This document shows, piece after piece, positions 16,938 through 28,656 of a stretch of 36,237 nt of DNA. The notes under the pieces are model-generated. The model did no database searches. It saw nothing but the letters and a program-made list of their open reading frames with translations, and was not told the DNA's origin. How positions within the stretch are numbered: the first letter of the stretch is position 1; every line of letters begins with the position of its first letter. The position numbers and the translations under genes were made by a program. Source of the DNA: Candidatus Krumholzibacteriota bacterium (GTDB lineage: Bacteria > Krumholzibacteriota > Krumholzibacteriia > LZORAL124-64-63); contig JBDLKA010000029.1 of the NCBI GenBank assembly GCA_039714075.1, positions 1 to 36,237 of the forward strand, given 5' to 3'.

Positions 16938-18118
16938 GCCGGCACCTCCGGGGGATCCACGCTGTCCTTGTCGCCGCGGCCGGAAAGATTGACGATTATC
17001 ACGGCCTTGGTGTCGGAGGATCCGGCCAGGTCCCGGGCATAGGCCAGGGCATGGCTCGATTCCAGGGCGGGAATGATCCCTTCGAGCCGGGCCAGATCGG
17101 TGAAGGCCCGCAGGGCCTGGTCATCGGTCACCGAGGTGTAGGTGACACGCCCGGTGTCTTTCAGGTGGCTGTGCTGGGGACCGACCCCGGGATAGTCCAG
17201 ACCCGCGGCGACGGAGTGGGCGGGCAGGACCTGGCCGTCGTCGTCCTGAAGCAGATAACTGAAAGACCCGTGCAATACCCCGGGTTCACCCAGGCAGAGC
17301 GCGGCGGAGTGGCCGGCGTCCGATCCTCCGGCTTCCACCCCGTACAGGGCCACCGCGTCGTCCAGGAAGGCGGAAAAGATGCCGATGGCATTGCTGCCCC
17401 CGCCGACGCACGCCACGACAGCGTCGGGCAGTCGTCCCGCGGCCGCCAATATCTGTCGCCGGGCTTCCCGGCCGATCACCGCCTGGAAGTCGCGCACCAT
17501 GGTGGGATAGGGGTGGGGGCCGACGGTCGAGCCGATGATGTAATGGGTCCCTTCCACGTTGGCGACCCAGTCGCGGATGGCTTCGCTGGTGGCGTCCTTC
17601 AGGGTACGGCAGCCGGTGCCCACCGGAACCACCCGGGCGCCCAGCAGACGCATTCGGCGCACGTTGGGTTCCTGGCGCTCCATGTCCACTTCGCCCATGT
17701 AGACCGTACACTCCAGGCCCATGAGGGCGGCCACCGTGGCCGAGGCGACACCGTGTTGCCCGGCGCCGGTTTCGGCCACGATCCGTTTCTTGCCCATGCG
17801 TTCGGCCAGCAGGACCTGGCCCAGGCAGTTGTTGATCTTGTGGGCCCCGGTGTGGTTCAGGTCCTCACGCTTGAGATAGATATGGGCCCGCCCCCCGAAG
17901 TCCTTTTCGAGACGCCGGGCCCGATACAGGGGAGTGGGCCGGCCCGAATAGTCGGCCAGCAGTTCGGCAAAGGCGTCCTGAAAGCCGGGATCCTTTTGCG
18001 CCCTGTGATATTCGGCTTCGAGTTCCCGCAGGCAGGGCATGAGGGTTTCGGGAACGAACTGGCCGCCGAATTCGCCAAAGCGGCCCGCACCGCCGCCGCC
18101 GGAAGTCCTGGAATTCAT
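16934..18118 (-). CDS. trpB: Tryptophan synthase beta chain
   Basis: [16 protein letters not shown] (PLP Lys), [33 protein letters not shown]. Confidence 0.97.
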   Translation of the reverse strand: MNSRTSGGGGAGRFGEFGGQFVPETLMPCLRELEAEYHRAQKDPGFQDAFAELLADYSGRPTPLYRARRLEKDFGGRAHIYLKREDLNHTGAHKINNCLGQVLLAERMGKKRIVAETGAGQHGVASATVAALMGLECTVYMGEVDMERQEPNVRRMRLLGARVVPVGTGCRTLKDATSEAIRDWVANVEGTHYIIGSTVGPHPYPTMVRDFQAVIGREARRQILAAAGRLPDAVVACVGGGSNAIGIFSAFLDDAVALYGVEAGGSDAGHSAALCLGEPGVLHGSFSYLLQDDDGQVLPAHSVAAGLDYPGVGPQHSHLKDTGRVTYTSVTDDQALRAFTDLARLEGIIPALESSHALAYARDLAGSSDTKAVIIVNLSGRGDKDSVDPPEVPA

Positions 18119-19506
18119 GAAGTCGCCTCCCTGATGAAGTCCTGAAGGGCCGCAAGGTCCTTGCGGCCGGGCTCGCTTTCCACTCCGCCGGACACGTCCA
18201 CGCCGAAGGGGGCGCAGTCACGTACTGCTTCGGCCACGTTGGCTGGATCCAGGCCCCCGGCCAGAAACACGTCCCGGCCTGCGGCCCGGATCATGGCGGC
18301 GGCCTGCCGTAAAGCCTGGTGATCGCAGGATTCGGGATCACCCTTGGGCCGGTCGATCAGGAAGTAGGCCGCCGCATCGTAGGCGGCCACCCGGGCCGGG
18401 GTAGCTTCAGCGGGGCGCAGGGCCTTGATCAACGGTAAACCGGTAGCCTCGGCCAACTGCCGGCACTCGCCTGGTGATTCGTTGCCGTGCAACTGGATCA
18501 GGTCGAGTCCGCAGCTCTCGGCCGCAGCCATGACCTCTGCCGGGTCGGCGTCCTGGAAGACCCCGCACAGCCGGGCGTCGGGTACGGATGCCCTGATGGC
18601 GGCGGCCTGACGGTTGTCGACCCGCCGGGGGCTCGAAGCGAAGATCAACCCCAGCAGGTGGGCCCCCGCCTCGAAGGCGGCCCGGGCGTCGGCGGGGTTG
18701 GTCAGACCACAGATCTTTATGCGCCGGGCTTCTTCGGAAACTTTTCCCGCCAGTTCGGCGACCTTGCGTCCGGGGTCCCGGCTCAGGAGCAGGGCGTGCC
18801 CCACAAGAAAGGCGTCGGCGCCGGCCCGGCTCATACGGTCCACATCCCGGCGGCAGTCGAGGCCGCTTTCGCTGACCCGTATTACATCCCGGCCCACCAG
18901 CGGCAGCAGGTTTTCGCCATGGGCGAGATCGGTGGTCAGGGTGGCCAGGTTGCGGTTGTTGATCCCCACCAGCGTGGCGCCGGCCTGGAGGGCCTGCTCG
19001 ATTTCGTCGGCCGCGTGGCATTCCACCAGAACAGACAGACCGAGGGATGTGGCCTCGTTGTGGAGGTCCCGCAGTGAACCGCGGTCGAGCATGCGCGCGA
19101 TCAGCAGGATCGCGTCGGCCCCGGCGGCCCAGGCCGCATGGATCTGGGACCGGTCGATAACGAAGTCCTTCACCAGAACGGGCAGGTCGGCCGCCGTGCG
19201 CAGGGCGGCCACATCATCGAGGGAGGTTCCGAAATGGGTGGCGTCGGTCACGATGGACAAGGCTCTCGCGCCTCCCCGGCGATAGGCCCGGGCAAGGTTG
19301 CCCACCGGTCCCAGGCGTTGGAGGGAGGGATTGCTGGGCGATTGACGTTTGATCTCGGCGATGATACTTCCACCACCGGCTAACGCGGCCCTGAAATCCC
19401 GCACGGGCATATCGGCTGGGCGCACCGGGGGCGAGGTTTGGAATTGCCGGTTGAGGGCGGCCGCTTCGGCTTCCTTGGCGGGCCGGATCCGTTCCAGAAA
19501 ACTCAT
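18115..19506 (-). CDS. trpCF: Bifunctional indole-3-glycerol-phosphate synthase / phosphoribosylanthranilate isomerase
   Basis: [24 protein letters not shown] and SESG (TrpC) are in frame with IKICGLT, QLHGNE, LAGGL and GVDVSGGVE (TrpF). True start MSFLERI at 19506 overlaps the trpD stop. Confidence 0.93.
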   Translation of the reverse strand: MSFLERIRPAKEAEAAALNRQFQTSPPVRPADMPVRDFRAALAGGGSIIAEIKRQSPSNPSLQRLGPVGNLARAYRRGGARALSIVTDATHFGTSLDDVAALRTAADLPVLVKDFVIDRSQIHAAWAAGADAILLIARMLDRGSLRDLHNEATSLGLSVLVECHAADEIEQALQAGATLVGINNRNLATLTTDLAHGENLLPLVGRDVIRVSESGLDCRRDVDRMSRAGADAFLVGHALLLSRDPGRKVAELAGKVSEEARRIKICGLTNPADARAAFEAGAHLLGLIFASSPRRVDNRQAAAIRASVPDARLCGVFQDADPAEVMAAAESCGLDLIQLHGNESPGECRQLAEATGLPLIKALRPAEATPARVAAYDAAAYFLIDRPKGDPESCDHQALRQAAAMIRAAGRDVFLAGGLDPANVAEAVRDCAPFGVDVSGGVESEPGRKDLAALQDFIREATS

Positions 19507-20558
19507 GACGCCACCCCCTGCTGGGAGGCAGCCGCGAAAGCGGCCAGAAGGTCGGCGGTCCTGCCGGAGGCGATGGCGTCCCGGGCCAGATCCACACCGG
19601 TCCTGACGTTGTCGGCCAAACCTCCCAGCACCGCCGCGAAGCCGGCGTTGAGAAGGACGGCATCGGTTTTGGGACCGCTCTTGCCGCCGAAAATATCCTT
19701 GATGATGGCCGCGTTGGCTGCCGGATCCCCTCCGGAAAGATCGTCCGGTCCGCAGGTTCGAAGTCCGGCCTGTGCGGGCAGGAACTCGAAGGTGCGCACC
19801 TTGCCGTCCTCCAGGGCCGCCACGGTGGTGGCACCCAGCAGAGAGACTTCGTCGAGCCCGCCCTCTCCGTGCACCACGAAAGCCCTTTGGGAGCCCAGCT
19901 CCCGCAGCACGCGGCACAGGGGTTCGCACAGGGTCGGATCGAATACCCCCAACAGCTGGCGGTCGGCTCCCGCAGGGTTGGTCAGGGGACCGAGCACGTT
20001 GAATACCGTCCGGACACCCAGCTCCCGCCGGACGGGCATGGCGTGCTTCATGGCGGGATGCAGGCCGGGCGCGAAGAGGAAGCCGATCCCTATTTCATCG
20101 ATGAGTGCGGCCACCCGACCGGGCTCCAGGTCCAGGTTCACGCCCAGGGCCTCGAGCACGTCGGCGCTGCCGCAGCGTGAACTGACCGCCCGGTTGCCGT
20201 GTTTGGCCACGGGGATGCCCATTGAGGCAGCCACCAGGGCGGTGGCGGTGGAGATGTTGAAGGTGCCGCTGCCGTCACCGCCGGTGCCGCAGGTGTCCAG
20301 CAGGCCGGATTTTCCGGGGCTGATGCGCAGCGCCCCGTTCCGCATGGCCCGGGCGAAACCGGCGATCTCGGCAACGGTCTCTCCCTTGGCGCGCAGGGTG
20401 GCCAGGATACCCGCCAGGCGGAAGGGAGGAACCTGTCCCGCCATGATTGCTTCCATCAGCGCGACGGCCTGTTCCTGCGGCAGATCCCGGCCTTCCAGCA
20501 GGGAAGTCAGGATGGCGGCCGAGTCGACGGTGGACCGATGACTACCGGTCTGTTCCAT
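19503..20558 (-). CDS. trpD: Anthranilate phosphoribosyltransferase
   Basis: DTCGTGGDG..TFNIST, KHGNRAVSSRCGSAD, RTVFNVLGPLTNPA, GLDE. Start MEQT at 20558 follows GGAGGT. Confidence 0.95.
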   Translation of the reverse strand: MEQTGSHRSTVDSAAILTSLLEGRDLPQEQAVALMEAIMAGQVPPFRLAGILATLRAKGETVAEIAGFARAMRNGALRISPGKSGLLDTCGTGGDGSGTFNISTATALVAASMGIPVAKHGNRAVSSRCGSADVLEALGVNLDLEPGRVAALIDEIGIGFLFAPGLHPAMKHAMPVRRELGVRTVFNVLGPLTNPAGADRQLLGVFDPTLCEPLCRVLRELGSQRAFVVHGEGGLDEVSLLGATTVAALEDGKVRTFEFLPAQAGLRTCGPDDLSGGDPAANAAIIKDIFGGKSGPKTDAVLLNAGFAAVLGGLADNVRTGVDLARDAIASGRTADLLAAFAAASQQGVAS

Positions 20559-21141
20559 GACCACCTCCGTTTCGGGCGGCCATCCGCAGGAAATTCGCCA
20601 GCAGCCGGTTCCCTTCCGGGGTGAGGATGGACTCGGGATGGAATTGCACGCCCTCCACTTTGTCGATCCGGGAACGGACACCCATGATTTCCCCGCCCGA
20701 GGTGTAGGCGGCGACTTCCAGGTCCGCGGGCAGGTCATCCTCCCGGGCGATCAGGGAGTGGTAGCGGGTGGCGGTGAAGGGATTGGAAAGGCCCGCATAA
20801 ATGGTGGCGCTGTCGTGGTAGACCCCGCTGGTCTTGCCGTGCATCACGCGGTCCGCCCGCCCGATGCGGCCCCCGTAGGCGGCCACGATGCTCTGGTGGC
20901 CCAGGCAGACGCCCAGGATGGGCACCTTCCCGCGCAGGGCGCGGATCACCTCGACGCTTACCCCGGCGTCGTCGGGCGTGCCCGGCCCGGGGGAAATGAT
21001 CAGCGATTCGGGAGCCAGGGCCAGAGCTTCGGCGACCGTGACTTCGTCATTGCGCCGCACATCCACCCCGGCGCCCTGTTCACCCAGCGCCTGGACGATG
21101 TTGTAGGTGAAGGAATCGTAGTTGTCGATCAACAAGTGCAT
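20542..21141 (-). CDS. trpG: Anthranilate synthase component II (glutamine amidotransferase)
   Basis: IDNYDSFTYN, SPGPG, GVCLGHQ, RYHSL, GVQFHPES. Start at 21141 follows AGGAGG. Confidence 0.95.
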   Translation of the reverse strand: MHLLIDNYDSFTYNIVQALGEQGAGVDVRRNDEVTVAEALALAPESLIISPGPGTPDDAGVSVEVIRALRGKVPILGVCLGHQSIVAAYGGRIGRADRVMHGKTSGVYHDSATIYAGLSNPFTATRYHSLIAREDDLPADLEVAAYTSGGEIMGVRSRIDKVEGVQFHPESILTPEGNRLLANFLRMAARNGGGHGTDR

Positions 21142-21152
21142 GGCGTGTCCTC

Positions 21153-22673
21153 CTACAGGCCCCGGTGGGCGATGCGGACAGCCCGGGTCAACGCCCGCGC
21201 CTTGTCCAGGGTTTCCTGGTATTCCCGTGCGGGATCCGAATCGGCGACGATGCCCGCACCGGCCTGGACGCTGTAGCGCCCGTTCCGCATCAACAGGGTG
21301 CGAATGGTGATGCACATGTCCATGTCTCCGGTCCGTCCGAAATAACCGACGGCACCCGCGTAGGGGCCGCGCCTTTGACTTTCCAGTTCCGTGAGGATTT
21401 CCATGGCCCGGATTTTCGGCGCTCCCGAAACGGTGCCCGCCGGAAAGGTGGCCCGCAGGGCGTCGAACATGTCCAGACCCTTCTCCAGGCGGCCCGAAAC
21501 CCGGCTGACCAGATGCATGACGTGGCTGTAACGCTCGACGGTCATGAAATCGTCAACCTGGACGGTGCCGGTGCGGCAGACCCGGCCCAGGTCGTTGCGG
21601 CCCAGGTCGACCAGCATCACGTGTTCCGCCCTTTCCTTGTCGTCGTTCAAAAGGTCCGCGGCCAGGGCGTTGTCTTCGGCGACCGACTCGGCGCGAGGGC
21701 GGGTGCCGGCGATGGGATTGACCTGGAGCGTGTCCCCTTCCAGCCGCACCAGCATTTCGGGGCTGGAACCGACCAGCTGGAATTCCCGGAAATCGAGGAA
21801 GAAAAGGTAGGGACTGGGGTTGAGCATGCGCAGGGCGCGGTAGACGCGGAAGGGTTCGGCGGGGGCTTTTCCGGTCAATTGCTGGGACAGGACGATCTGA
21901 AAAGCGTCACCGGCGAGAATGTGCTCGCGCGCGCGTTCCACCCTGTCCATGAAGGTGTTCCGGTCCACGTTGGAGACCGGATCGTCGTGGGTGCCCGCCA
22001 CGTCACCGGGAGCGGGACCGGTGTCCAGCCGGGCCCGCAGGACATCCTCGGGCAAAGGCTCCTGCAGGGCCTTCAGAACCGCCGCGATACGGACCGAAGC
22101 CGCGGTGTGGGCTTCGCCGGCGTTCTTTCCGTCGGGCAGGGTGAGAATTTCGATTTCGCTTTTCACGTGATCGAATACGACCAGTGTCCGGGGAAAGAGG
22201 AAGCGGTAATCGGGAAGATCGTCGGCGGCGGGAGCCGGCAGATCCATGTCCTCGAAGTAGCGCACCATGTCGAAACCCATGAACCCCACGGCGCCGCCGA
22301 AGGGCGGGGGCAGGTCGCCGCCGCCATCTTCGATCACCGCCGCGGCGGCCAACTCTTGGCGCACCGGGCCCAACGGATCGGCGGGATCGACGGGATGGTT
22401 TTGGGTCACGGCATCGGCGCCCTGCCCACGACGGATGGTGACCTGTCCGTCGCGCAGCTGGATGTCCGCTCCGGCCGCCAGGCCGATAAAGGAATGCCGT
22501 CCCACCTGCACACCCTGTTCCACGCTTTCGAACAGGAAGGCGGCTCCCAGGGGCCGGAGCTTGATGAACACCGACACGGGGGTTTCCAGGTCCGCGGGAA
22601 TCACCGCCCTGACGGGTCTGTTGCCACGGCCGTCGTCGCGGTCCAGGTATTCGGTTCTGCTGGGCGAAATCAT
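21153..22673 (-). CDS. trpE: Anthranilate synthase component I
   Basis: DLETPV, FLFES, NPSPY, GSSPE, PIAGTRPR, KERAEHVMLVDLGRND, GTVSGAPKIRAM. Start at 22673 follows GGAGG. Confidence 0.95.
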   Translation of the reverse strand: MISPSRTEYLDRDDGRGNRPVRAVIPADLETPVSVFIKLRPLGAAFLFESVEQGVQVGRHSFIGLAAGADIQLRDGQVTIRRGQGADAVTQNHPVDPADPLGPVRQELAAAAVIEDGGGDLPPPFGGAVGFMGFDMVRYFEDMDLPAPAADDLPDYRFLFPRTLVVFDHVKSEIEILTLPDGKNAGEAHTAASVRIAAVLKALQEPLPEDVLRARLDTGPAPGDVAGTHDDPVSNVDRNTFMDRVERAREHILAGDAFQIVLSQQLTGKAPAEPFRVYRALRMLNPSPYLFFLDFREFQLVGSSPEMLVRLEGDTLQVNPIAGTRPRAESVAEDNALAADLLNDDKERAEHVMLVDLGRNDLGRVCRTGTVQVDDFMTVERYSHVMHLVSRVSGRLEKGLDMFDALRATFPAGTVSGAPKIRAMEILTELESQRRGPYAGAVGYFGRTGDMDMCITIRTLLMRNGRYSVQAGAGIVADSDPAREYQETLDKARALTRAVRIAHRGL

Positions 22674-22734
22674 GCTTGCCTCCACAGCCGGCGCGCCGGC
22701 CAGGTCGTGTCTCGTCTGCGATCGCGGTGTTGGG

Positions 22735-22768
22735 AAAAAAAAGCCCGCCAACACTGCGGTGGCGGGTT
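22735..22768 (-). terminator. trp attenuator terminator hairpin (3:4)
   Basis: Minus strand CCCGCCA-ccgcagtgt-TGGCGGG followed by C and eight T, between the leader peptide and trpE. Confidence 0.9.
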
Positions 22769-22808
22769 CGGAGACGGTTGGTTTCGGGATGTTCCGGGAC
22801 TTTCCGGG

Positions 22809-22931
22809 TCAGTCACCTCTTCCTTCCGTGCACGCGAACGCGTCCACCGCGGCGCTCTGCCAGCGCCACAGGGACCATCGCCAATTCCACATCAGGTTGA
22901 TGGTGCACGAATTCAAGATCATGTCTCCCAT
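22809..22931 (-). CDS. trpL: trp operon leader peptide (up to 40 aa, five Trp codons)
   Basis: Manual translation: MGDMILNSCTINLMWNWRWSLWRWQSAAVDAFACTEGRGD*. Alternative starts are ATG 22922 and TTG 22916. Confidence 0.88.
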   Translation of the reverse strand: MGDMILNSCTINLMWNWRWSLWRWQSAAVDAFACTEGRGD

Positions 22932-22973
22932 ATCCAGGAAAAACTCTGGTTCGGATTTCGATACCGGTAAATG

Positions 22974-23002
22974 ATTCTATAACAAGACCGTGCGGGTGTC
23001 AA
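22974..23002 (-). promoter_or_regulatory. Sigma-70 promoter of the trp operon
   Basis: Minus strand TTGACA (23002-22997), 17-nt spacer, TAGAAT (22979-22974). Confidence 0.85.
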
Positions 23003-23038
23003 GAGGGCGGCCGGCCAGGCCCTCTTCGAAGGCCGGAT

Positions 23039-23887
23039 TCAGGAAACGGTTTCGCTCCTGGTTTCACCGGGATTGTCGACCGAGGATTTTTCGCTGTCCT
23101 TCCGGTCGGCGGATTTTTTCCCGGCGGCCCCGGACCTTTTGTGAAGGACCCGTTCCAGCTCGGTGCTCAGGTCGTCGAGGGAAAGTCCCCGCCGGATGTC
23201 GCCTTCATGGACCAGGCTGATGGCCCGGGTCTCTTCGGAGACCACGATCACGATGGCGTCGGACTGTTCGCTGATGCCGATGGCCGCCCGGTGGCGCGTT
23301 CCCAGAACGTAGCCCAGTTCTTCGCGCTCGGTGATGGGCAGGATGACCGCGGCGGCGGCGATCTTGTCCTGGCTGATGATCACCGCGCCGTCATGCAGGG
23401 GACCCGGCACGGTGAAGACGGATTCCAGGGTGGCGGCGGTGATCTCCGCGTCCAGGAGAACCCCTTTCTTGATCCAGTTGTTCAGCCTGACTTCCCGTTC
23501 GATGACGATCAGGGCTCCCAGACCCCGCTTGGCGCAGCGTTTGACCGCTTCCAGGATTTCCTGTTCCTTGGGGATTTCATCCACGCTGCCGAACAAGCCG
23601 AAGCCCCGGCGCAGCCCGAGATTGGCCAGGGCCGAGCGCAGTTCCGGCTGGAAGATGATGATGAAGGCGATCACCCACACCGTCTGCAGGGTGCCGATGA
23701 TGCGGCCGACGACGATCATGCCCAGACTGCCGGCCAAAAACGACAGCAGCAGCAGCAGGCCCAGACCGAAAAACATCTGGATCACCCGCGTATCCTTGAT
23801 GAACACGATCAGGCGGTACAGCAGATAGGCCACGATGAGGATATCGAGGATATCTATGATGGGGCTGTTGGTTATGCTTTCCCACAT
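23039..23887 (-). CDS. cdaA: Diadenylate cyclase CdaA/DacA
   Basis: Three N-terminal TM helices, IIIFQPELR, GALIVIER, PLHDGA, GTRHRAA, VVSEE. Confidence 0.95.
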   Translation of the reverse strand: MWESITNSPIIDILDILIVAYLLYRLIVFIKDTRVIQMFFGLGLLLLLSFLAGSLGMIVVGRIIGTLQTVWVIAFIIIFQPELRSALANLGLRRGFGLFGSVDEIPKEQEILEAVKRCAKRGLGALIVIEREVRLNNWIKKGVLLDAEITAATLESVFTVPGPLHDGAVIISQDKIAAAAVILPITEREELGYVLGTRHRAAIGISEQSDAIVIVVSEETRAISLVHEGDIRRGLSLDDLSTELERVLHKRSGAAGKKSADRKDSEKSSVDNPGETRSETVS

Positions 23888-23971
23888 GGTTGGCCCAAAC
23901 TATCACCGCCCAGCCCAATACTCAACCTGAAACGCCGAGGCCACGGTGAAACATCCGGCCCGGGGGCGGGG

Positions 23972-24849
23972 TCAGGATCCGGCGATGCTCTTCATGACTT
24001 CGAGGTACTGAACGGTGGCTGCCACGTCATGGACACGCACCATGCTGGCGCCGCCCTGCCAGGCCGCGGCCAGGGCGGCCAGACTGCCGCCGAGGCGGTC
24101 GTCCACTCCCGCACCGGTCACCGCGGCGATGAAACGTTTGCGGCTGGCCCCGAGCAGCAGGGGACGGTCCCCGGACACGTCCGCCAATCCCTTGAGCAAG
24201 GCCAGATTGTGGACCAGGTTCTTGCCGAACCCGATGCCCGGGTCCACCATGATCCGGGCCGGAGCCACCCCGGCCTCTTCCGCCAGCCGGCAGCGGGCCG
24301 CCAGCCATCCGCGAACTTCCGCCAGCACGTCCCGGTAACGGGGATCATTCTGCATCGTGCGCGGCGTTCCCTGCATGTGCATCAGCACCAGGCCGCAACC
24401 GGCGGCGGCGACCACGGGCAGCATTTCCGGATCCAGGGAGGCGGCCGAGATGTCATTGACGGCGTCGGCCCCGGCGTCCAGGGCGGCGGCGGCCGTCTCC
24501 GCCCGGACGGTGTCCACGGTCAGGGGCAGAGCGGTTTCCCGGCGCACGGCTTCCAGCACGGGCAGCAGCCGGTCCTGTTCCTCGGCGGCGGTGATGGGTT
24601 CGGCTCCCGGGCGGGTCGATTCGGCGCCCAGGTCCAGCAGGTCGCAACCGGCGGCGATCATCTCCAGGGCGCGGCCGACCGCCGCTTCCGGATCGCCGGT
24701 CCTGGAGCCGGGATAGAAACTGTCAGGGGTAAGGTTGAGGATGCCCATGACCAGTGGGCGGCCGTCCGGGGAAAGGACTACACGGCCCAGGTCCCAGTCC
24801 GGAGCGACGAAGGGGGCCGTCAGGCCCCCTTCGGGTTTTTCCGGGTGAG

Positions 24850-24853
<4 letters not shown>
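23972..24853 (-). CDS. folP: Dihydropteroate synthase
   Basis: [47 protein letters not shown]. Confidence 0.96.
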
Positions 24854-26898
<2,045 letters not shown>

Positions 26899-26956
26899 TG
26901 ATTATCGTTCCTTGGTTCGGTTGTACCGCTCGGTTTTCCTGTCCATTCCTGAAACT

Positions 26957-28366
26957 CTATTGTGCGGATCGTTTAACGACAGAGATAGTAACCGTCTGTC
27001 CAGTGGACGGCAACAAGCGGGTTCTCTCGGCGCGCGCGAGGCCCACCACCCACAGGATACCGGCATCATCGGTCACTACCAGAACCCCCGCACGGTCTTC
27101 CCGGGGAATCCGCTGTTCCCGGAGAAGATCGCTCAATTTCTTGGATCCTTCCAGGCCCAAGGGCGGAAAGCGGTCGCCGGGGCCCGGGTGCCGTACCCTC
27201 AGGTTGCCTTTCAGGCAGGAAGCGGGGCAGGTCAAACGCCAGGTGGCCTCGTCGGCGGGATCGCCGGCTCCCTTGATTCGGGCCGTGTCGACTTCTTCCC
27301 CGGCAACCAGAATACGATAATCCGCGGCCGTCCGCAGTGGAGGCCGGGAATCCGGACCCGTCCCGAGCCGCAGATCGTCGAAATCCCGGATCAGGCGCCG
27401 CCCGTCCGGGAAATCCAGCCCCGAGCCGGACTGGCCGGACCGAAGCCAGGCCAAGGCGTTGTCCACATGGACGCGCTCCAGGCCTGAAGGTTGCCCGTCA
27501 TCCAGCCAGATCCGCAACACCCGGGCGGCCAGACCCGCGTCCAGGGCCAGCAGACCCGAAACGCTCAACAGGGCGGGATTGTTGGGCGAACGGATTTCGT
27601 CCAGGGCGGCCCTGGTGAAACCCTCCAGAATTTCCATGTCCTGCTGCAGAAGTTCCGCCAGCCGCGCGGGCACGGTTTCACTTCCGGAGCCGAAGATACC
27701 CCGGGCCAGGGGTAATAATTCCCGACGAATCCGGGCTCTGGCGTTGTCACCGTCCAGGTTGCTGCTGTCGGTGCGCCAGGGCTGTCCGCATTCTTCCAGG
27801 AAGGCCACGATCTCGGCGCGACCCAGATGCAGCAAAGGGTGCAGAAAGTTTCCGCTGACCGGCAGGATGCCGCGAAGCCCGGCCGGTCCGGTGCCCCGGA
27901 AAAGGCGCATCAGCACGGTTTCCACCTGGTCGTCGCGATGATGCCCCGTGACCACGCAATGCAGATGGTCGTTTTCGGCCAGGATATTCCGGAAAAACCG
28001 CCGCCGGAGGTGGCGGGCCGCTTCCTCCAGGCCCTGACCACGTGTCCGGGCCACCGGGCGGGGGTCCTCGGCCGATTCGAACAGCTCGATTTCCAGTTCG
28101 GCGCAAAGGTCGCGGCAGAAGGCGGCGTCCCTGTCGGCATCACCGGGCCGCAGTCCGTAATTGAAATGGGCGGCCGCCAGGGCCGAACCGGTCTCCAGGG
28201 CCCAGGTTTTGGCGGCCAGCAGCAAGGCCACGGAATCAGGCCCTCCGGACAGGGCCACCACCACCCCGGGGGCGGGATGGTCCCCGCAGCATTCCTGTAC
28301 GAGTTCACCAATCCGTCGGGAAACGTCCGCGCTGAAGGAGTGTGTGCTGAAGGGGTGTTTGGGCAC
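26957..28366 (-). CDS. tilS: tRNA(Ile)-lysidine synthase
   Basis: PP-loop SGGPDS, HFNYGLR, EEAAR, GHHRDDQVET, DSSN, C-terminal KKLSDLLREQRIP. GTG 28366 follows GGAGG; ATG 28381 is an alternative. The ORF-track start at 28489 lies inside the tRNA. Confidence 0.93.
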   Translation of the reverse strand: MPKHPFSTHSFSADVSRRIGELVQECCGDHPAPGVVVALSGGPDSVALLLAAKTWALETGSALAAAHFNYGLRPGDADRDAAFCRDLCAELEIELFESAEDPRPVARTRGQGLEEAARHLRRRFFRNILAENDHLHCVVTGHHRDDQVETVLMRLFRGTGPAGLRGILPVSGNFLHPLLHLGRAEIVAFLEECGQPWRTDSSNLDGDNARARIRRELLPLARGIFGSGSETVPARLAELLQQDMEILEGFTRAALDEIRSPNNPALLSVSGLLALDAGLAARVLRIWLDDGQPSGLERVHVDNALAWLRSGQSGSGLDFPDGRRLIRDFDDLRLGTGPDSRPPLRTAADYRILVAGEEVDTARIKGAGDPADEATWRLTCPASCLKGNLRVRHPGPGDRFPPLGLEGSKKLSDLLREQRIPREDRAGVLVVTDDAGILWVVGLARAERTRLLPSTGQTVTISVVKRSAQ

Positions 28367-28456
28367 GTTGCCTCCGGACATTTTTCCGGGCTTTCCGGAC
28401 TTGGTGAGGCACTGGCGAGTGTGGCGTAAGATACTGATGGAATGACGGGAAAATGG

Positions 28457-28533
28457 TGGTAGCGGCTCAGGGACTCGAACCCCGGACACTCGGATTATGA
28501 TTCCGATGCTCTAACCAGCTGAGCTAAGCCGCC
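28457..28533 (-). tRNA. tRNA with CAU anticodon, most likely elongator tRNA-Met, 77 nt, CCA encoded
   Basis: GGCGGCT TA GCTC AGCTGGTTA GAGC A TCGGA ATCATAA TCCGA GTGTC CGGGG TTCGAGT CCCTG AGCCGCT A CCA folds as a cloverleaf. No initiator features (no C1:A72 mismatch, no GGG/CCC anticodon stem). Confidence 0.95.
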
Positions 28534-28598
28534 ACCCGTAATCTTCCAGATTGGAACCGGAAAACATCCCCAAAGCCTGATTTTTCCGGCAGGCACGC

Positions 28599-28627
28599 AA
28601 TTTATCCATTCAGTGGTTTCTTGTCAA
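28599..28627 (-). promoter_or_regulatory. Sigma-70 promoter for tRNA-tilS-ftsH-folP-cdaA
   Basis: Minus strand TTGACA (28627-28622), 17-nt spacer, TAAATT (28604-28599). Confidence 0.75.
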
Positions 28628-28649
28628 GAAACCCCGATCCCGGTATCCT
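28621..28649 (+). promoter_or_regulatory. Sigma-70 promoter for ilvC (possibly leaderless mRNA)
   Basis: TTGTCA (28621-28626), 17-nt spacer, TATCCT (28644-28649). ATG follows after 7 nt with no SD. Confidence 0.55.
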
Positions 28650-28656
28650 GCGGCCC

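Noticed and set aside
19507..19929. Apparent 141-aa N-terminal extension of TrpCF (similar extensions on trpD, trpG, trpE and tilS)
   Set aside because: ORF-caller extensions into upstream genes or RNA elements; better starts with an SD or stop/start overlap exist.
22680..22970. T-box or TRAP control of the trp operon
   Set aside because: No T-box consensus or (G/U)AG repeat array; the leader peptide explains the structure.
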